Shown here: in pieces, positions 47,927 through 56,248 of the stretch | Position numbering within the stretch: position 1 is the first letter of the stretch | Layout: every line of letters starts with the position of its first letter | Source of the DNA: Candidatus Kerfeldbacteria bacterium | GTDB lineage: Bacteria > Patescibacteriota > Patescibacteriia > UBA10025 > JAHIVO01 | DNA: 64,000 nucleotides | Direction of reading: 5' to 3' | Assembly: GCA_016214565.1 (NCBI GenBank) | Contig: JACROE010000002.1 | Span: forward strand, 984,007 to 1,048,006 | The notes under the pieces: model-generated | The model's input: the letters and a program-made list of their open reading frames with translations, nothing else | Told to the model about the DNA's origin: nothing | Databases searched by the model: none | Made by a program: the position numbers and the translations under genes

Positions 47927-48289
47927 CTATTCAAAACTAACGTGCTTAAGCATTGTCCGGCGTTGCCGGTTTTTAGGAAGCATATTGGTGAGCACTTTGA
48001 TAAATAGATTGCTCGAACCCTTCGCATGAACAGTAGCCCAAGAAGTGCTCTTCATTCCACCGGGATACCGTGATGTTTTCCAATACTTTTCATTTACAAG
48101 TTTTCGGTCATCAATCTTAAGATGCTTGATATTCTGAATTACCACTTTTGTCCGTGGTACCTGTTCCGGCGCATACGAAGCGGATGTTTTCCCCATGAGA
48201 TGCCGCGCAACAACAGAGGCAAGTCTGCCTAACCGCTGATTGGTAGCATCGAGTGTAATAGTATTTGATTGCAGTGGTTTATTTGGCAT
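47927..48289 (-). CDS. rplM: 50S ribosomal protein L13 (short, divergent)
   Basis: DATNQRLGRLAS..A..LMGK, YPGGMK, NMLPKNR; start at ATG 48289. Confidence 0.9.
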   Translation of the reverse strand: MPNKPLQSNTITLDATNQRLGRLASVVARHLMGKTSASYAPEQVPRTKVVIQNIKHLKIDDRKLVNEKYWKTSRYPGGMKSTSWATVHAKGSSNLFIKVLTNMLPKNRQRRTMLKHVSFE

Positions 48290-48296
48290 ACGGTAT

Positions 48297-48647
48297 TTAA
48301 ACGTAGGTAATAATAACCATAGGCGCGGCATCACCTGTTCGTTTGAATAACTTCGTAATACGGAGATAGCCTCCATTTCGGTCCTTATACCGTACAGAAA
48401 TATCTGAAAGCAGTAATTTTGCAACAGCAGCGCTTCCCGTTTGCTTTATGATTTCACGTCGCGCATGAAGCGTATTGCGTTTTCCCGTGGTAATAAGTTT
48501 TTCTAAAACAGGTTTAATCGCCTTTGCTTTTGCCTCGGTTGTAGTCATTTTTCCATGGATGAAAAAAGACCGATAGAGATTTTTAGTTAATCCCCGACGA
48601 GCTGAACCGGACCGTCCTAATTTTTTAGCTGTTCTACGATGTCGCAT
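48297..48647 (-). CDS. rplQ: 50S ribosomal protein L17
   Basis: MRHR...KKLGR, TTEAKAK, RNGGYLRI, GDAAPM. Confidence 0.97.
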   Translation of the reverse strand: MRHRRTAKKLGRSGSARRGLTKNLYRSFFIHGKMTTTEAKAKAIKPVLEKLITTGKRNTLHARREIIKQTGSAAVAKLLLSDISVRYKDRNGGYLRITKLFKRTGDAAPMVIITYV

Positions 48648-48653
48648 GAGAAA

Positions 48654-49463
48654 TTATTTAGCTTCTTTTTTCGGCCGTCCGCGCTTCTTCTTAGCCTTCT
48701 CTTCTGGCGCATCAATTTCAGCCTCAGCTGCGTCATTCTTATTTTCTGCCACTTCCTTTTCTGGCGTCGCTAATGGTGAAGCAAGTTCAACAACTTTACT
48801 AAATTGGTCAACTAGTGCCTGAGCAGCATAGCGAAGCGCGTCTTGAGGAGTGATCGTTCCGTCAGTGAGTACGGTCAAAATAATTCGATCATAATTGGTC
48901 ATTTGCCCAACACGAACGTTCTCTATTCGGTAATTTACATTCTTAACCGGCGTAAATACTGCATCAATATTGATAGTGCCAAGCTGCGCATTATCCTTAT
49001 TAATATTTTCTACCGGTAAATAACCACGACCGCTTTTTACTGTTAATTCCATTTCAAATGTTGAAGTCTTGCTGGTCAAGGTCGCAATTCTTTGAGATGG
49101 ATTTGATAATTCAATATCGCTATTAAGCTGAATATCTTTTCCGGTGACAATCTGGTCTCCTTTGGCGGAAATTTTTACCACAACCGGTTCTTCGCTATGA
49201 ACTTTGAATCGAAGCTTTTTCAAATTAAGAATTATTTCTACGACATCTTCTTTAACTCCTTCAAGTGCGGTAAATTCATGGGTTATCCCCTTAATCTTTG
49301 CAGCGGTAACCGCAGCTCCGGGTAACGATGACAGTAAAACTCTTCGTAAAGAATTTCCAATCGTGTTGCCATAGCCTGGATACGCCGGGCCGATAATAAT
49401 ATCAGCCTGATTAACTCCTGTTTCTTTTATTTCAATTATTTCTGGTAATGGTATCTGTTCCAT
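48654..49463 (-). CDS. rpoA: RNA polymerase alpha subunit lacking the C-terminal domain
   Basis: GNTIGNSLRRVLLSSLPG, HEF..L.GVKED, IDAVFTPV; only 269 aa. Confidence 0.95.
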   Translation of the reverse strand: MEQIPLPEIIEIKETGVNQADIIIGPAYPGYGNTIGNSLRRVLLSSLPGAAVTAAKIKGITHEFTALEGVKEDVVEIILNLKKLRFKVHSEEPVVVKISAKGDQIVTGKDIQLNSDIELSNPSQRIATLTSKTSTFEMELTVKSGRGYLPVENINKDNAQLGTINIDAVFTPVKNVNYRIENVRVGQMTNYDRIILTVLTDGTITPQDALRYAAQALVDQFSKVVELASPLATPEKEVAENKNDAAEAEIDAPEEKAKKKRGRPKKEAK

Positions 49464-49480
49464 AACGCAAATTTATTTGG

Positions 49481-50095
49481 TTATCGAGAGTAAAATTCAA
49501 TTATTAACGAAGTGTCAAATCCCTGGTCTAAGCTCTCAGCTGCAGGTAGTGAAGTAACTTTCCCCACCAGCGTAGCCTGATCAACAATTTCTAACCATTG
49601 TGGTACATCCTTAATATTCAGTGCTTTTGACGATTCTACGAACATTTGTCGAGTTAAGCTTTTTGGCTTTATTGATACCGTATCTCCGATTTTTACTTGA
49701 TAGGATGGGATATTAACCTTTTTTCCATTAACCATCACATGGCCATGGCTAACAATTTGGCGAGCAGTGTCTCTGGTTCGCACAAATTTAAGGCGATAAA
49801 CAACATTATCAAGCCGCATTTCTAAAGATTGGATTAAAAAGGCACCGGCATCGCCTTTTGCCTTTTTTGCATTCAGCACATAACCCCGGAATTGACGTTC
49901 GAGAATTCGATACAGTCCTGCCGCCTTCTGTTTTTCACGCAATTGTGTACCATATTCAGTAATCCGTTGTTTTCCTTTTGGACCATGCTGGCCCGGTCGG
50001 TACGGTCGACGAACCACTGGACACTTCGGTGAATCGCAGAGTTTTTCGCCGAATTGACGGCATAAACGGTGTTTTGGGCCTAATTTACGTGCCAT
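49481..50095 (-). CDS. rpsD: 30S ribosomal protein S4
   Basis: YGTQLREKQK, LEMRLDNVVYR, IIEFYSR. Confidence 0.97.
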   Translation of the reverse strand: MARKLGPKHRLCRQFGEKLCDSPKCPVVRRPYRPGQHGPKGKQRITEYGTQLREKQKAAGLYRILERQFRGYVLNAKKAKGDAGAFLIQSLEMRLDNVVYRLKFVRTRDTARQIVSHGHVMVNGKKVNIPSYQVKIGDTVSIKPKSLTRQMFVESSKALNIKDVPQWLEIVDQATLVGKVTSLPAAESLDQGFDTSLIIEFYSR

Positions 50096-50098
50096 ATG

Positions 50099-50503
50099 TT
50101 ATACGCGGCGAACCTTTGGTGGACGAACGCCATTATGAGGTATTGGAGTTAAATCTCTAATTGACTGGATAATAATGTTATTTGCACTAAGCGAGCGAAT
50201 CGCTGACTCACGCCCTGAGCCGACGCCTTTGACATACACATCAACTGATTTAAGCCCAATCGGTTTAACCCGCTCAACTACGTCACGAACAATAAGGCTC
50301 GCGGCATACGGTGTAGATTTTTTCGGGCCTTTAAAACCCTTATGGCCAGCCGAAGACCACGCCAATACATTCCCCTGTGCGTCAGTTATCGAAATAATTG
50401 TATTGTTGTACGTTGCCTGAATATAGGCACGTCCGTGCGCAACAAATTTCTTTTTCGATTTACGTGCGGACGGAATAATCTTTTTTTTCTCTTCTGTTGT
50501 CAT
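50099..50503 (-). CDS. rpsK: 30S ribosomal protein S11
   Basis: ATYNNTII, KKSTPYAA, DLTPIPHNG. Confidence 0.97.
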   Translation of the reverse strand: MTTEEKKKIIPSARKSKKKFVAHGRAYIQATYNNTIISITDAQGNVLAWSSAGHKGFKGPKKSTPYAASLIVRDVVERVKPIGLKSVDVYVKGVGSGRESAIRSLSANNIIIQSIRDLTPIPHNGVRPPKVRRV

Positions 50504-50508
50504 ATAAA

Positions 50509-50904
50509 TTATGTTTTCTCAGCAGCTTTAGATCTACCCGATCCCATAGTCCGACGCACATTACCACGGACCGTGCGGGTATTAGTTTTTGTACGTTGGC
50601 CACGAACCGGCAATTTTCGTGAATGACGAGACCCACGATAAGTACCAATTTCTTTAAGTCGCTTAATGTTCAACAAAATTTCCCTTCGCAGTTCACCTTC
50701 TACTCGATGCGTTTTCTCAATAATGTCTCGAAGTGAGTTTACCTGACTTTCAGTTAATTCATGTGTTCGGGTATTCCCATTAATGGATGCTGTTTCTAAT
50801 ATTTTACGAGAGCGAGAAAGCCCAATGCCATAAATATATGTTAACGCAATCTCAATTCTTTTTTGCTGGGGCAATGTAACACCCGCGATACGTGCTGCTG
50901 GCAT
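50509..50904 (-). CDS. rpsM: 30S ribosomal protein S13
   Basis: [25 protein letters not shown]. Confidence 0.97.
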   Translation of the reverse strand: MPAARIAGVTLPQQKRIEIALTYIYGIGLSRSRKILETASINGNTRTHELTESQVNSLRDIIEKTHRVEGELRREILLNIKRLKEIGTYRGSRHSRKLPVRGQRTKTNTRTVRGNVRRTMGSGRSKAAEKT

Positions 50905-50909
50905 AAATA

Positions 50910-51023
50910 TTAACCTTGTCGCTGTTTATGTTTAGGATTATCACAAATCACGTACACTCGTTTCTTTCTTCGAATAACGTGGCATTTCGGACACATGGCT
51001 TTTACTGAAGCTCGCACTTTCAT
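50910..51023 (-). CDS. rpmJ: 50S ribosomal protein L36 (not in ORF track)
   Basis: Hand translation: [37 protein letters not shown]. Confidence 0.95.
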   Translation of the reverse strand: MKVRASVKAMCPKCHVIRRKKRVYVICDNPKHKQRQG

Positions 51024-51031
51024 AGAAAATC

Positions 51032-51256
51032 TTATACGCGGAAAATAATACGTCCTTTGGATAAATCGTAAGGTGTCATTTCAACCTTCACGGTATCTCC
51101 GGGAAGAATGCGAATTTTATGCATACGCATCTTGCCTGACAGATGAGCATGAATGGTGTGCCCATTCTCAAGGCGTACTTTAAAGGTTGTTGCAGGAAGT
51201 AGCTCTTCGACTACTCCGATAACCTCGATAAAGCCTTTATTTGATTTATCCCCCAT
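51032..51256 (-). CDS. infA: Translation initiation factor IF-1
   Basis: [32 protein letters not shown]. Confidence 0.97.
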   Translation of the reverse strand: MGDKSNKGFIEVIGVVEELLPATTFKVRLENGHTIHAHLSGKMRMHKIRILPGDTVKVEMTPYDLSKGRIIFRV

Positions 51257-51259
51257 GAT

Positions 51260-51289
51260 AATAAAAAATCTTACCTCGTACAGGCAAGA
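51260..51289 (-). terminator. Terminator-like hairpin in the infA leader (putative attenuator)
   Basis: TCTTGCCT-gtacg-AGGTAAGA-TTTTTT, ending just before the infA ATG. Confidence 0.6.
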
Positions 51290-51369
51290 AATGAGTTAAA
51301 ACTCATATACCCTGCGCTGGCGACCCAAAAGCTTGAGATCTGAAATGATAGTATAAAATGCTCACGGAG

Positions 51370-51397
51370 AGTATACCACTTAGCTAAAAAAGGTCAA
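51370..51397 (-). promoter_or_regulatory. Promoter of the infA-rpsI operon
   Basis: TTGACC-N16-TATACT with TG extension. Confidence 0.65.
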
Positions 51398-51431
51398 GTG
51401 TCTTTTTAAAATATTAATATTTTTGCTAACC

Positions 51432-53252
51432 TTAGCCTTTTCCACCTACCGTTGCTTTTATTCTACGAATACCGGCTGAAGAAGATTTTTCTGAGACTAT
51501 TTTGAAAATACCGAGCTCTCCAGTATTAGAAACGTGAGGACCACCGCACAATTCTTTAGAAAAATTGCCAATTGAATACACAGTCACCATGTTTCCATAT
51601 TTTTCCTTAAAGAAGGCAAGCGCTCCGGCTCTTATTGCTTCATCGTACGACATTTCCTTTTTTTCAACTGACAGATTAGCCTGAATCTGCTCATTAACGA
51701 GATCTTCTACTCGCTTCAGTTCGTCAGGAGTCATTTTCGTTGGATGTTCAAAATCAAAGCGAAGCCGTTCGGCATTAATATCAGATCCTTGCTGTCGTAC
51801 GTGAGGTCCGAGAACAGTCCGAAGTGCCTGATGTAGCAAATGCGTTGCTGTGTGCAGCTTAGTCATTTCAACTTTTTGTTCAGGCGTCAGCTCGGAACTA
51901 TTGATGCCGTGCCCGCCAAATTTACTTTGGCTTGCTGCTCTGGATTTTTCCTGATGAACTGCAACCAGTTTATTAAATTCCACTTCGTCAAACTGATAGC
52001 CCTTCCGTTTTAGCCGATCAAGGGATAAGCCGTACGTCGAAAACAACGTAAAAGCTTCCTGGGCACTTAAAGGCACATGAGAAAATGATTGGGATTCCTC
52101 CTGATCACGATATGGAATGCCTTTTAATTTCTGTACAAGCTCGCTTACGTCGAGTTTGAGAACCTTTTCATAGGCAGCACGTTCTTGAGCTAGTGCGGCG
52201 AGAATCTGTTGTTCATTATTCTTCAAATGTGGGTAATCCTCATAATAATTCTTAATTACTTGCGATACAAGTTTTTCCAGGTGGGTTGGTTGATGCAAAT
52301 ATTGGTCAAGTGCTCTCCTGAAAATTCTACGCAAAATATAGCCCTGTTCTTTATTACTAAAACTGATACCGTCAGCAAGTAAAAAAACCGTGCCCTTGAT
52401 ATGGTCGGCCACTATTCGACTGCGCCAAATATCCTCAATGTCAGTCGTTGATCCAAACATCGGATCGCTTCGAACAAGCTCAACCAAAGAATGATTTACG
52501 TCAATATCACTAACGGCTCTTACTCGCTGCATGATCATGGCAAGACGCTCAAAGCCCATACCCGTATCAATACTTTTGGTCTTCAGTTTCTTGATCACGC
52601 CCTGCTCATTCATGTGATATTCAGTAAAAACCAAATTCCATATCTCGATACAAGATCCGTTTGCTGCATTCGGACCATACAAAGCATCAGTTACAGGCAC
52701 ATCCGCCATGTCATAGTGGATTTCCGAGCTCGGGCCGCACGGGCCACTTTTACCCGGAGGTCCCCACCAGTTATCCGCACGCTCAAAACCAACGATGCGT
52801 GATTCATCAACATATTGCTTCCAAATCTTTTTTGACTCAAGATCAGCTGGCACATCAGCATCACCTTTAAAATACGTAATCCAAATGCGTTTTTTATCAA
52901 GCTTTAATTCATCAACTAAAAATTCCCAGGCAAAACGAATAGCCTCCTCTTTAAAGTAGTCATTAATCGAAAAATTACCCAGCATTTCAAAAAAAGTACT
53001 GTGAGTTGCATCCCCAACCGATTCGATATCAGACGTTCGAAAACAGCGCTGGATCGAAGCTAAACGGCAAGCTCCAAAATCAGCATTGGGATCCTTTTCG
53101 CCCATAAAATATGGTTTAAACGGCTGCATACCAGCAGTTGTCAAAAGAACAGATGGATCGTCTTGAGGCCATAGAGATGAAGACTGAACTATACGATGTT
53201 CTTGTTCTTCAAAAAACCTAATGAATTTTTTTTTAATAGCGTGGGACTTCAT
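51432..53252 (-). CDS. alaS: Alanine--tRNA ligase (short form lacking the C-Ala domain)
   Basis: TTAGMQPFK, FFEMLGNFS, DTGMGFER, HTATHLL, ELCGGPH, GIRRI at the C-terminus. Confidence 0.96.
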   Translation of the reverse strand: MKSHAIKKKFIRFFEEQEHRIVQSSSLWPQDDPSVLLTTAGMQPFKPYFMGEKDPNADFGACRLASIQRCFRTSDIESVGDATHSTFFEMLGNFSINDYFKEEAIRFAWEFLVDELKLDKKRIWITYFKGDADVPADLESKKIWKQYVDESRIVGFERADNWWGPPGKSGPCGPSSEIHYDMADVPVTDALYGPNAANGSCIEIWNLVFTEYHMNEQGVIKKLKTKSIDTGMGFERLAMIMQRVRAVSDIDVNHSLVELVRSDPMFGSTTDIEDIWRSRIVADHIKGTVFLLADGISFSNKEQGYILRRIFRRALDQYLHQPTHLEKLVSQVIKNYYEDYPHLKNNEQQILAALAQERAAYEKVLKLDVSELVQKLKGIPYRDQEESQSFSHVPLSAQEAFTLFSTYGLSLDRLKRKGYQFDEVEFNKLVAVHQEKSRAASQSKFGGHGINSSELTPEQKVEMTKLHTATHLLHQALRTVLGPHVRQQGSDINAERLRFDFEHPTKMTPDELKRVEDLVNEQIQANLSVEKKEMSYDEAIRAGALAFFKEKYGNMVTVYSIGNFSKELCGGPHVSNTGELGIFKIVSEKSSSAGIRRIKATVGGKG

Positions 53253-53258
53253 AATTAC

Positions 53259-53287
53259 AGTATAAAGATTTAAACTTTATTTGTAAA
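53259..53287 (-). promoter_or_regulatory. alaS promoter, probably leaderless
   Basis: TTTACA-N17-TATACT; ATG 6 nt after the -10 box. Confidence 0.55.
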
Positions 53288-53298
53288 ACAGTGCATGA

Positions 53299-54372
53299 TT
53301 ATTTTACAATTATTCCGCCACCCAAAAGTCTGCCTCGGCTATAAAGCGCGGCAATTTGACCAGGGCTAACTGCACGCTGCTTTTGTACAAAGTCTAAACG
53401 ATAAAAGTTCCCTTTTTTTCGCAATTTTGCTTTTTGTAATGGCTGACGATATCGAATACGCACCTGACATACGAGTGGAACGTTAGGTATTTTTTCAACC
53501 CAGCTTGAATTTTTAAACACGAGTCGTGTTTGAAATAACGGTTTGTTATCTGATGCTGGGGTAACAACTAATTCATTTTTTTTAATATTTTTTTCTACTA
53601 CATAATATGGGATGCCACCGCCAATACCAATACCATGACGCTGACCAATAGTATAGATACTCAGGCCTTCGTGTTTACCAATAACTGTTCCATTCGTCAT
53701 AACAATATTTCCCGGCTTAGCAGGAATAAATTGTCGAATAAAGTCCTTAAACTTTACTTTTCCAATAAAGCATATTCCTTGACTATCTTTTTTATCATGG
53801 ACGTGTAAATGATTCTTTTTTGCAATGCGTCGAACTTCTGACTTCAATAATGTTCCCAGAGGAAACAAGGAACGCTGCGCCTGTGCTTGCGTAAGAAGGG
53901 CTAAAAAATACGACTGATCTTTCGTATGATCACGAGCTGCGTGAAGCGAAACTATATTTTGACGGGTCGACCGTCTCACATAATGGCCTGTTGCAATATA
54001 ATTTGCGCCGTGAGCAAGCGCATATTTTAAAAAAACTTTGAACTTAATTTCACGGTTACACAACATGTCAGGATTTGGCGTTAATCCAGCTCGGTAGCCC
54101 TTGATCAAATATTCGACTACCTTAGCACGGTACGCATCTTCAAATGTTGCTATCTGATGCGGAATGCCAATTGTTTTGCAAACACGTAAAAAATCTGCAG
54201 CATCTTGTTCCCACGGGCACTCATCAGCTAGTGGATCGGACCAATTTTTCATATAAACGCCGGTAACGTCATATCCTTGCTGCTGCAGTAATAAAGCCGC
54301 AACTGAAGAATCAACTCCGCCGGACATTGCTACGAAAACGCGTTTATGTTTATTATTTACAATACCAGTCAT
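53299..54372 (-). CDS. mnmA: tRNA 2-thiouridylase MnmA
   Basis: AMSGGVDSSV, TPNPDMLCN, ATGHY, KDQSYFL, SQGICF, PGQ. Confidence 0.96.
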   Translation of the reverse strand: MTGIVNNKHKRVFVAMSGGVDSSVAALLLQQQGYDVTGVYMKNWSDPLADECPWEQDAADFLRVCKTIGIPHQIATFEDAYRAKVVEYLIKGYRAGLTPNPDMLCNREIKFKVFLKYALAHGANYIATGHYVRRSTRQNIVSLHAARDHTKDQSYFLALLTQAQAQRSLFPLGTLLKSEVRRIAKKNHLHVHDKKDSQGICFIGKVKFKDFIRQFIPAKPGNIVMTNGTVIGKHEGLSIYTIGQRHGIGIGGGIPYYVVEKNIKKNELVVTPASDNKPLFQTRLVFKNSSWVEKIPNVPLVCQVRIRYRQPLQKAKLRKKGNFYRLDFVQKQRAVSPGQIAALYSRGRLLGGGIIVK

Positions 54373-54414
54373 ATCAAAAAAGTATACAAACACGAATTGT
54401 CATCGTGGTAAAGC

Positions 54415-55722
54415 TTAGTATAGCGCTTCAATAACTTCTCGCAAGTGTTTCAGTCGAGGAGAATAAAACTCAGACTCAGTTATATGTTGCGAGGCAAACA
54501 GCGCGTTCTGGGGCTTGTGTTTGCGTAACCGCTGGTACTTCCGAGGATAATGACGTTCAATGCTACCAAATGGAAGTATAAAAATTCGATCTTTTTTAAG
54601 CTGATCGATTAAGGCGTCTTCAGATTCCATGGCAGACCCCTGAAGATTTTTTTGCACTAAAGCAATTCCGGTATCGTATAAGCCATCGTGGTCAAGTAAA
54701 ACAGCATACGGAACGTCAAAAACTCTTAATAACTCGACGTACAAATCCATGTTGCTTTTACCGTACGTTTGAATAACTTTAATATCTTTATCGCCATGAT
54801 AAAAACGATCAATTAAGCCGCGCATCAAAATATGATCAGAGGGTCCCTCTACCAAAAGGACGCTGTCCGAGAAAAACATTTCCAAATTGTCCGCATTAAG
54901 CTCTTGTCTGAGACGGCTGTAATTAATTCGATGGCCACTAATCCGAGGAGAATGCACGCGCGTAGAAATACCATCACGGGTTACTCGAAAAACGCGGTGT
55001 AAATTAGTTGCCGTAATAAATAATGGTGAATGAGTCGTAATAAATATTTGATCTCCATCGTTTTCCTTTTCGAGGATTGAATAAAGCCGTTTGACTAAAG
55101 CTGGATGCAGATGAATTTCCGGCTCTTCAAGTAATAATATTGTGTATTGAGGATGAAAAAAATACAGTAAAATTGTAAAAATTTGCTGAAACCCGTCACC
55201 AAGCCGTTCAAACGTCCTATCGACTCCCCCTTCGTGAACTACCGTACGACGAAAAAAATCATCCGACAGTTTAATCTTTGGGAAATGCTTTTCTATTGAT
55301 TTTTTGAATTCTCGATAACGATGGGGGTAATCATGTTGAAACTTTTTATAAACATTTTGCAATTCAGATGCTGACACGGGATATACAGCTGAAATACGCT
55401 TAATGTGCTTTTGCATTAGTGAACGAACACGATTAATTGGGAATCGCTTACCATTTAAATTCGCAATAACATTCTGTCCTCGCTGAACAATCTCCAAAGT
55501 TCGTCGTGTTGACCCAAAAACGGAAAAAACAATGCGTAATTGAGTTTGAATGTAATTAAGTCGACCTGGATTAGCTTGATATAACTGACTAATTGCATCA
55601 AGAATATTAGTTTTACCTGAATTATTAGGGCCAATAAAAATATGCATTGAACCGGGATTTGGCAGTGCAAACGGAACTAAAATACTCTTATACTTTTCTA
55701 TACCAATGTCAATTATCCTCAT
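54415..55722 (-). CDS. OLD-family ATP-dependent nuclease (ABC ATPase + TOPRIM)
   Basis: GPNNSGKT, LLLEEPEIHLHP, ITTHSP, LLVEGPSD, DHD. Confidence 0.88.
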   Translation of the reverse strand: MRIIDIGIEKYKSILVPFALPNPGSMHIFIGPNNSGKTNILDAISQLYQANPGRLNYIQTQLRIVFSVFGSTRRTLEIVQRGQNVIANLNGKRFPINRVRSLMQKHIKRISAVYPVSASELQNVYKKFQHDYPHRYREFKKSIEKHFPKIKLSDDFFRRTVVHEGGVDRTFERLGDGFQQIFTILLYFFHPQYTILLLEEPEIHLHPALVKRLYSILEKENDGDQIFITTHSPLFITATNLHRVFRVTRDGISTRVHSPRISGHRINYSRLRQELNADNLEMFFSDSVLLVEGPSDHILMRGLIDRFYHGDKDIKVIQTYGKSNMDLYVELLRVFDVPYAVLLDHDGLYDTGIALVQKNLQGSAMESEDALIDQLKKDRIFILPFGSIERHYPRKYQRLRKHKPQNALFASQHITESEFYSPRLKHLREVIEALY

Positions 55723-55734
55723 CGCCGTAAATTT

Positions 55735-56235
55735 TTATGAAGCCTGGTTATGGTGAATTGATTTATAAAATGTATCAAGCGCGCGCATCTGTGAACGATT
55801 CGGGCATGCACTTGGACGGTGAGCCTGGATATGTCGAACTGCTTGTTGAGGTGTCATACGTCGAGCCAAAATGTAGTATGCGGCTGCTAATGTTGGTGCT
55901 CGACCATTACCTGCATTACAGTGAATATAGCAGTGCATATGGTGTCGAACCATATCTTCGATAAAATGCGAACCAATAATTAACTGAACCTGAGAGGGTG
56001 GGGTAAAATCTGCTGTGGGTAGCCATAAAAATGAAGCGACCCCAGAAGGCTTATCTATTTTTTCCTCCTGCAGATCAATGTCAGCCTTCATACCTAAAGC
56101 AAGCAATTTTTCAAAATGAGCACGTGTGGCAATAGTAGTACCAATGTATACATACGGATCAATTTTTGAAAAATTGAATGGTTCTATACGTACATTTGGG
56201 TACGACAGCGCCGGGATTTCAAAACGTTTAGACAA
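55735..56235 (-). CDS. Dual-specificity/PTP-like phosphatase
   Basis: D-loop PTADFTPP, CX5R motif HCNAGNGRA. Confidence 0.88.
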   Translation of the reverse strand: MSKRFEIPALSYPNVRIEPFNFSKIDPYVYIGTTIATRAHFEKLLALGMKADIDLQEEKIDKPSGVASFLWLPTADFTPPSQVQLIIGSHFIEDMVRHHMHCYIHCNAGNGRAPTLAAAYYILARRMTPQQAVRHIQAHRPSACPNRSQMRALDTFYKSIHHNQAS

Positions 56236-56248
56236 GAACGTGTGGTTA

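Noticed and set aside
48290-48424. N-terminal extension of L13 in the ORF track (similar over-extensions at 1516, 2024, 7560, 16650, 24934, 34970)
   Set aside because: These extensions overlap upstream genes or promoters; downstream ATGs fit the family N-termini better.
48654-49463. rpoA as a truncated pseudogene
   Set aside because: The N-terminal domain is intact, the stop is clean, there is no leftover CTD sequence before rplQ, and it is an essential gene in its canonical operon.
54415-55722. Gabija system (GajA)
   Set aside because: No adjacent UvrD-like GajB helicase.
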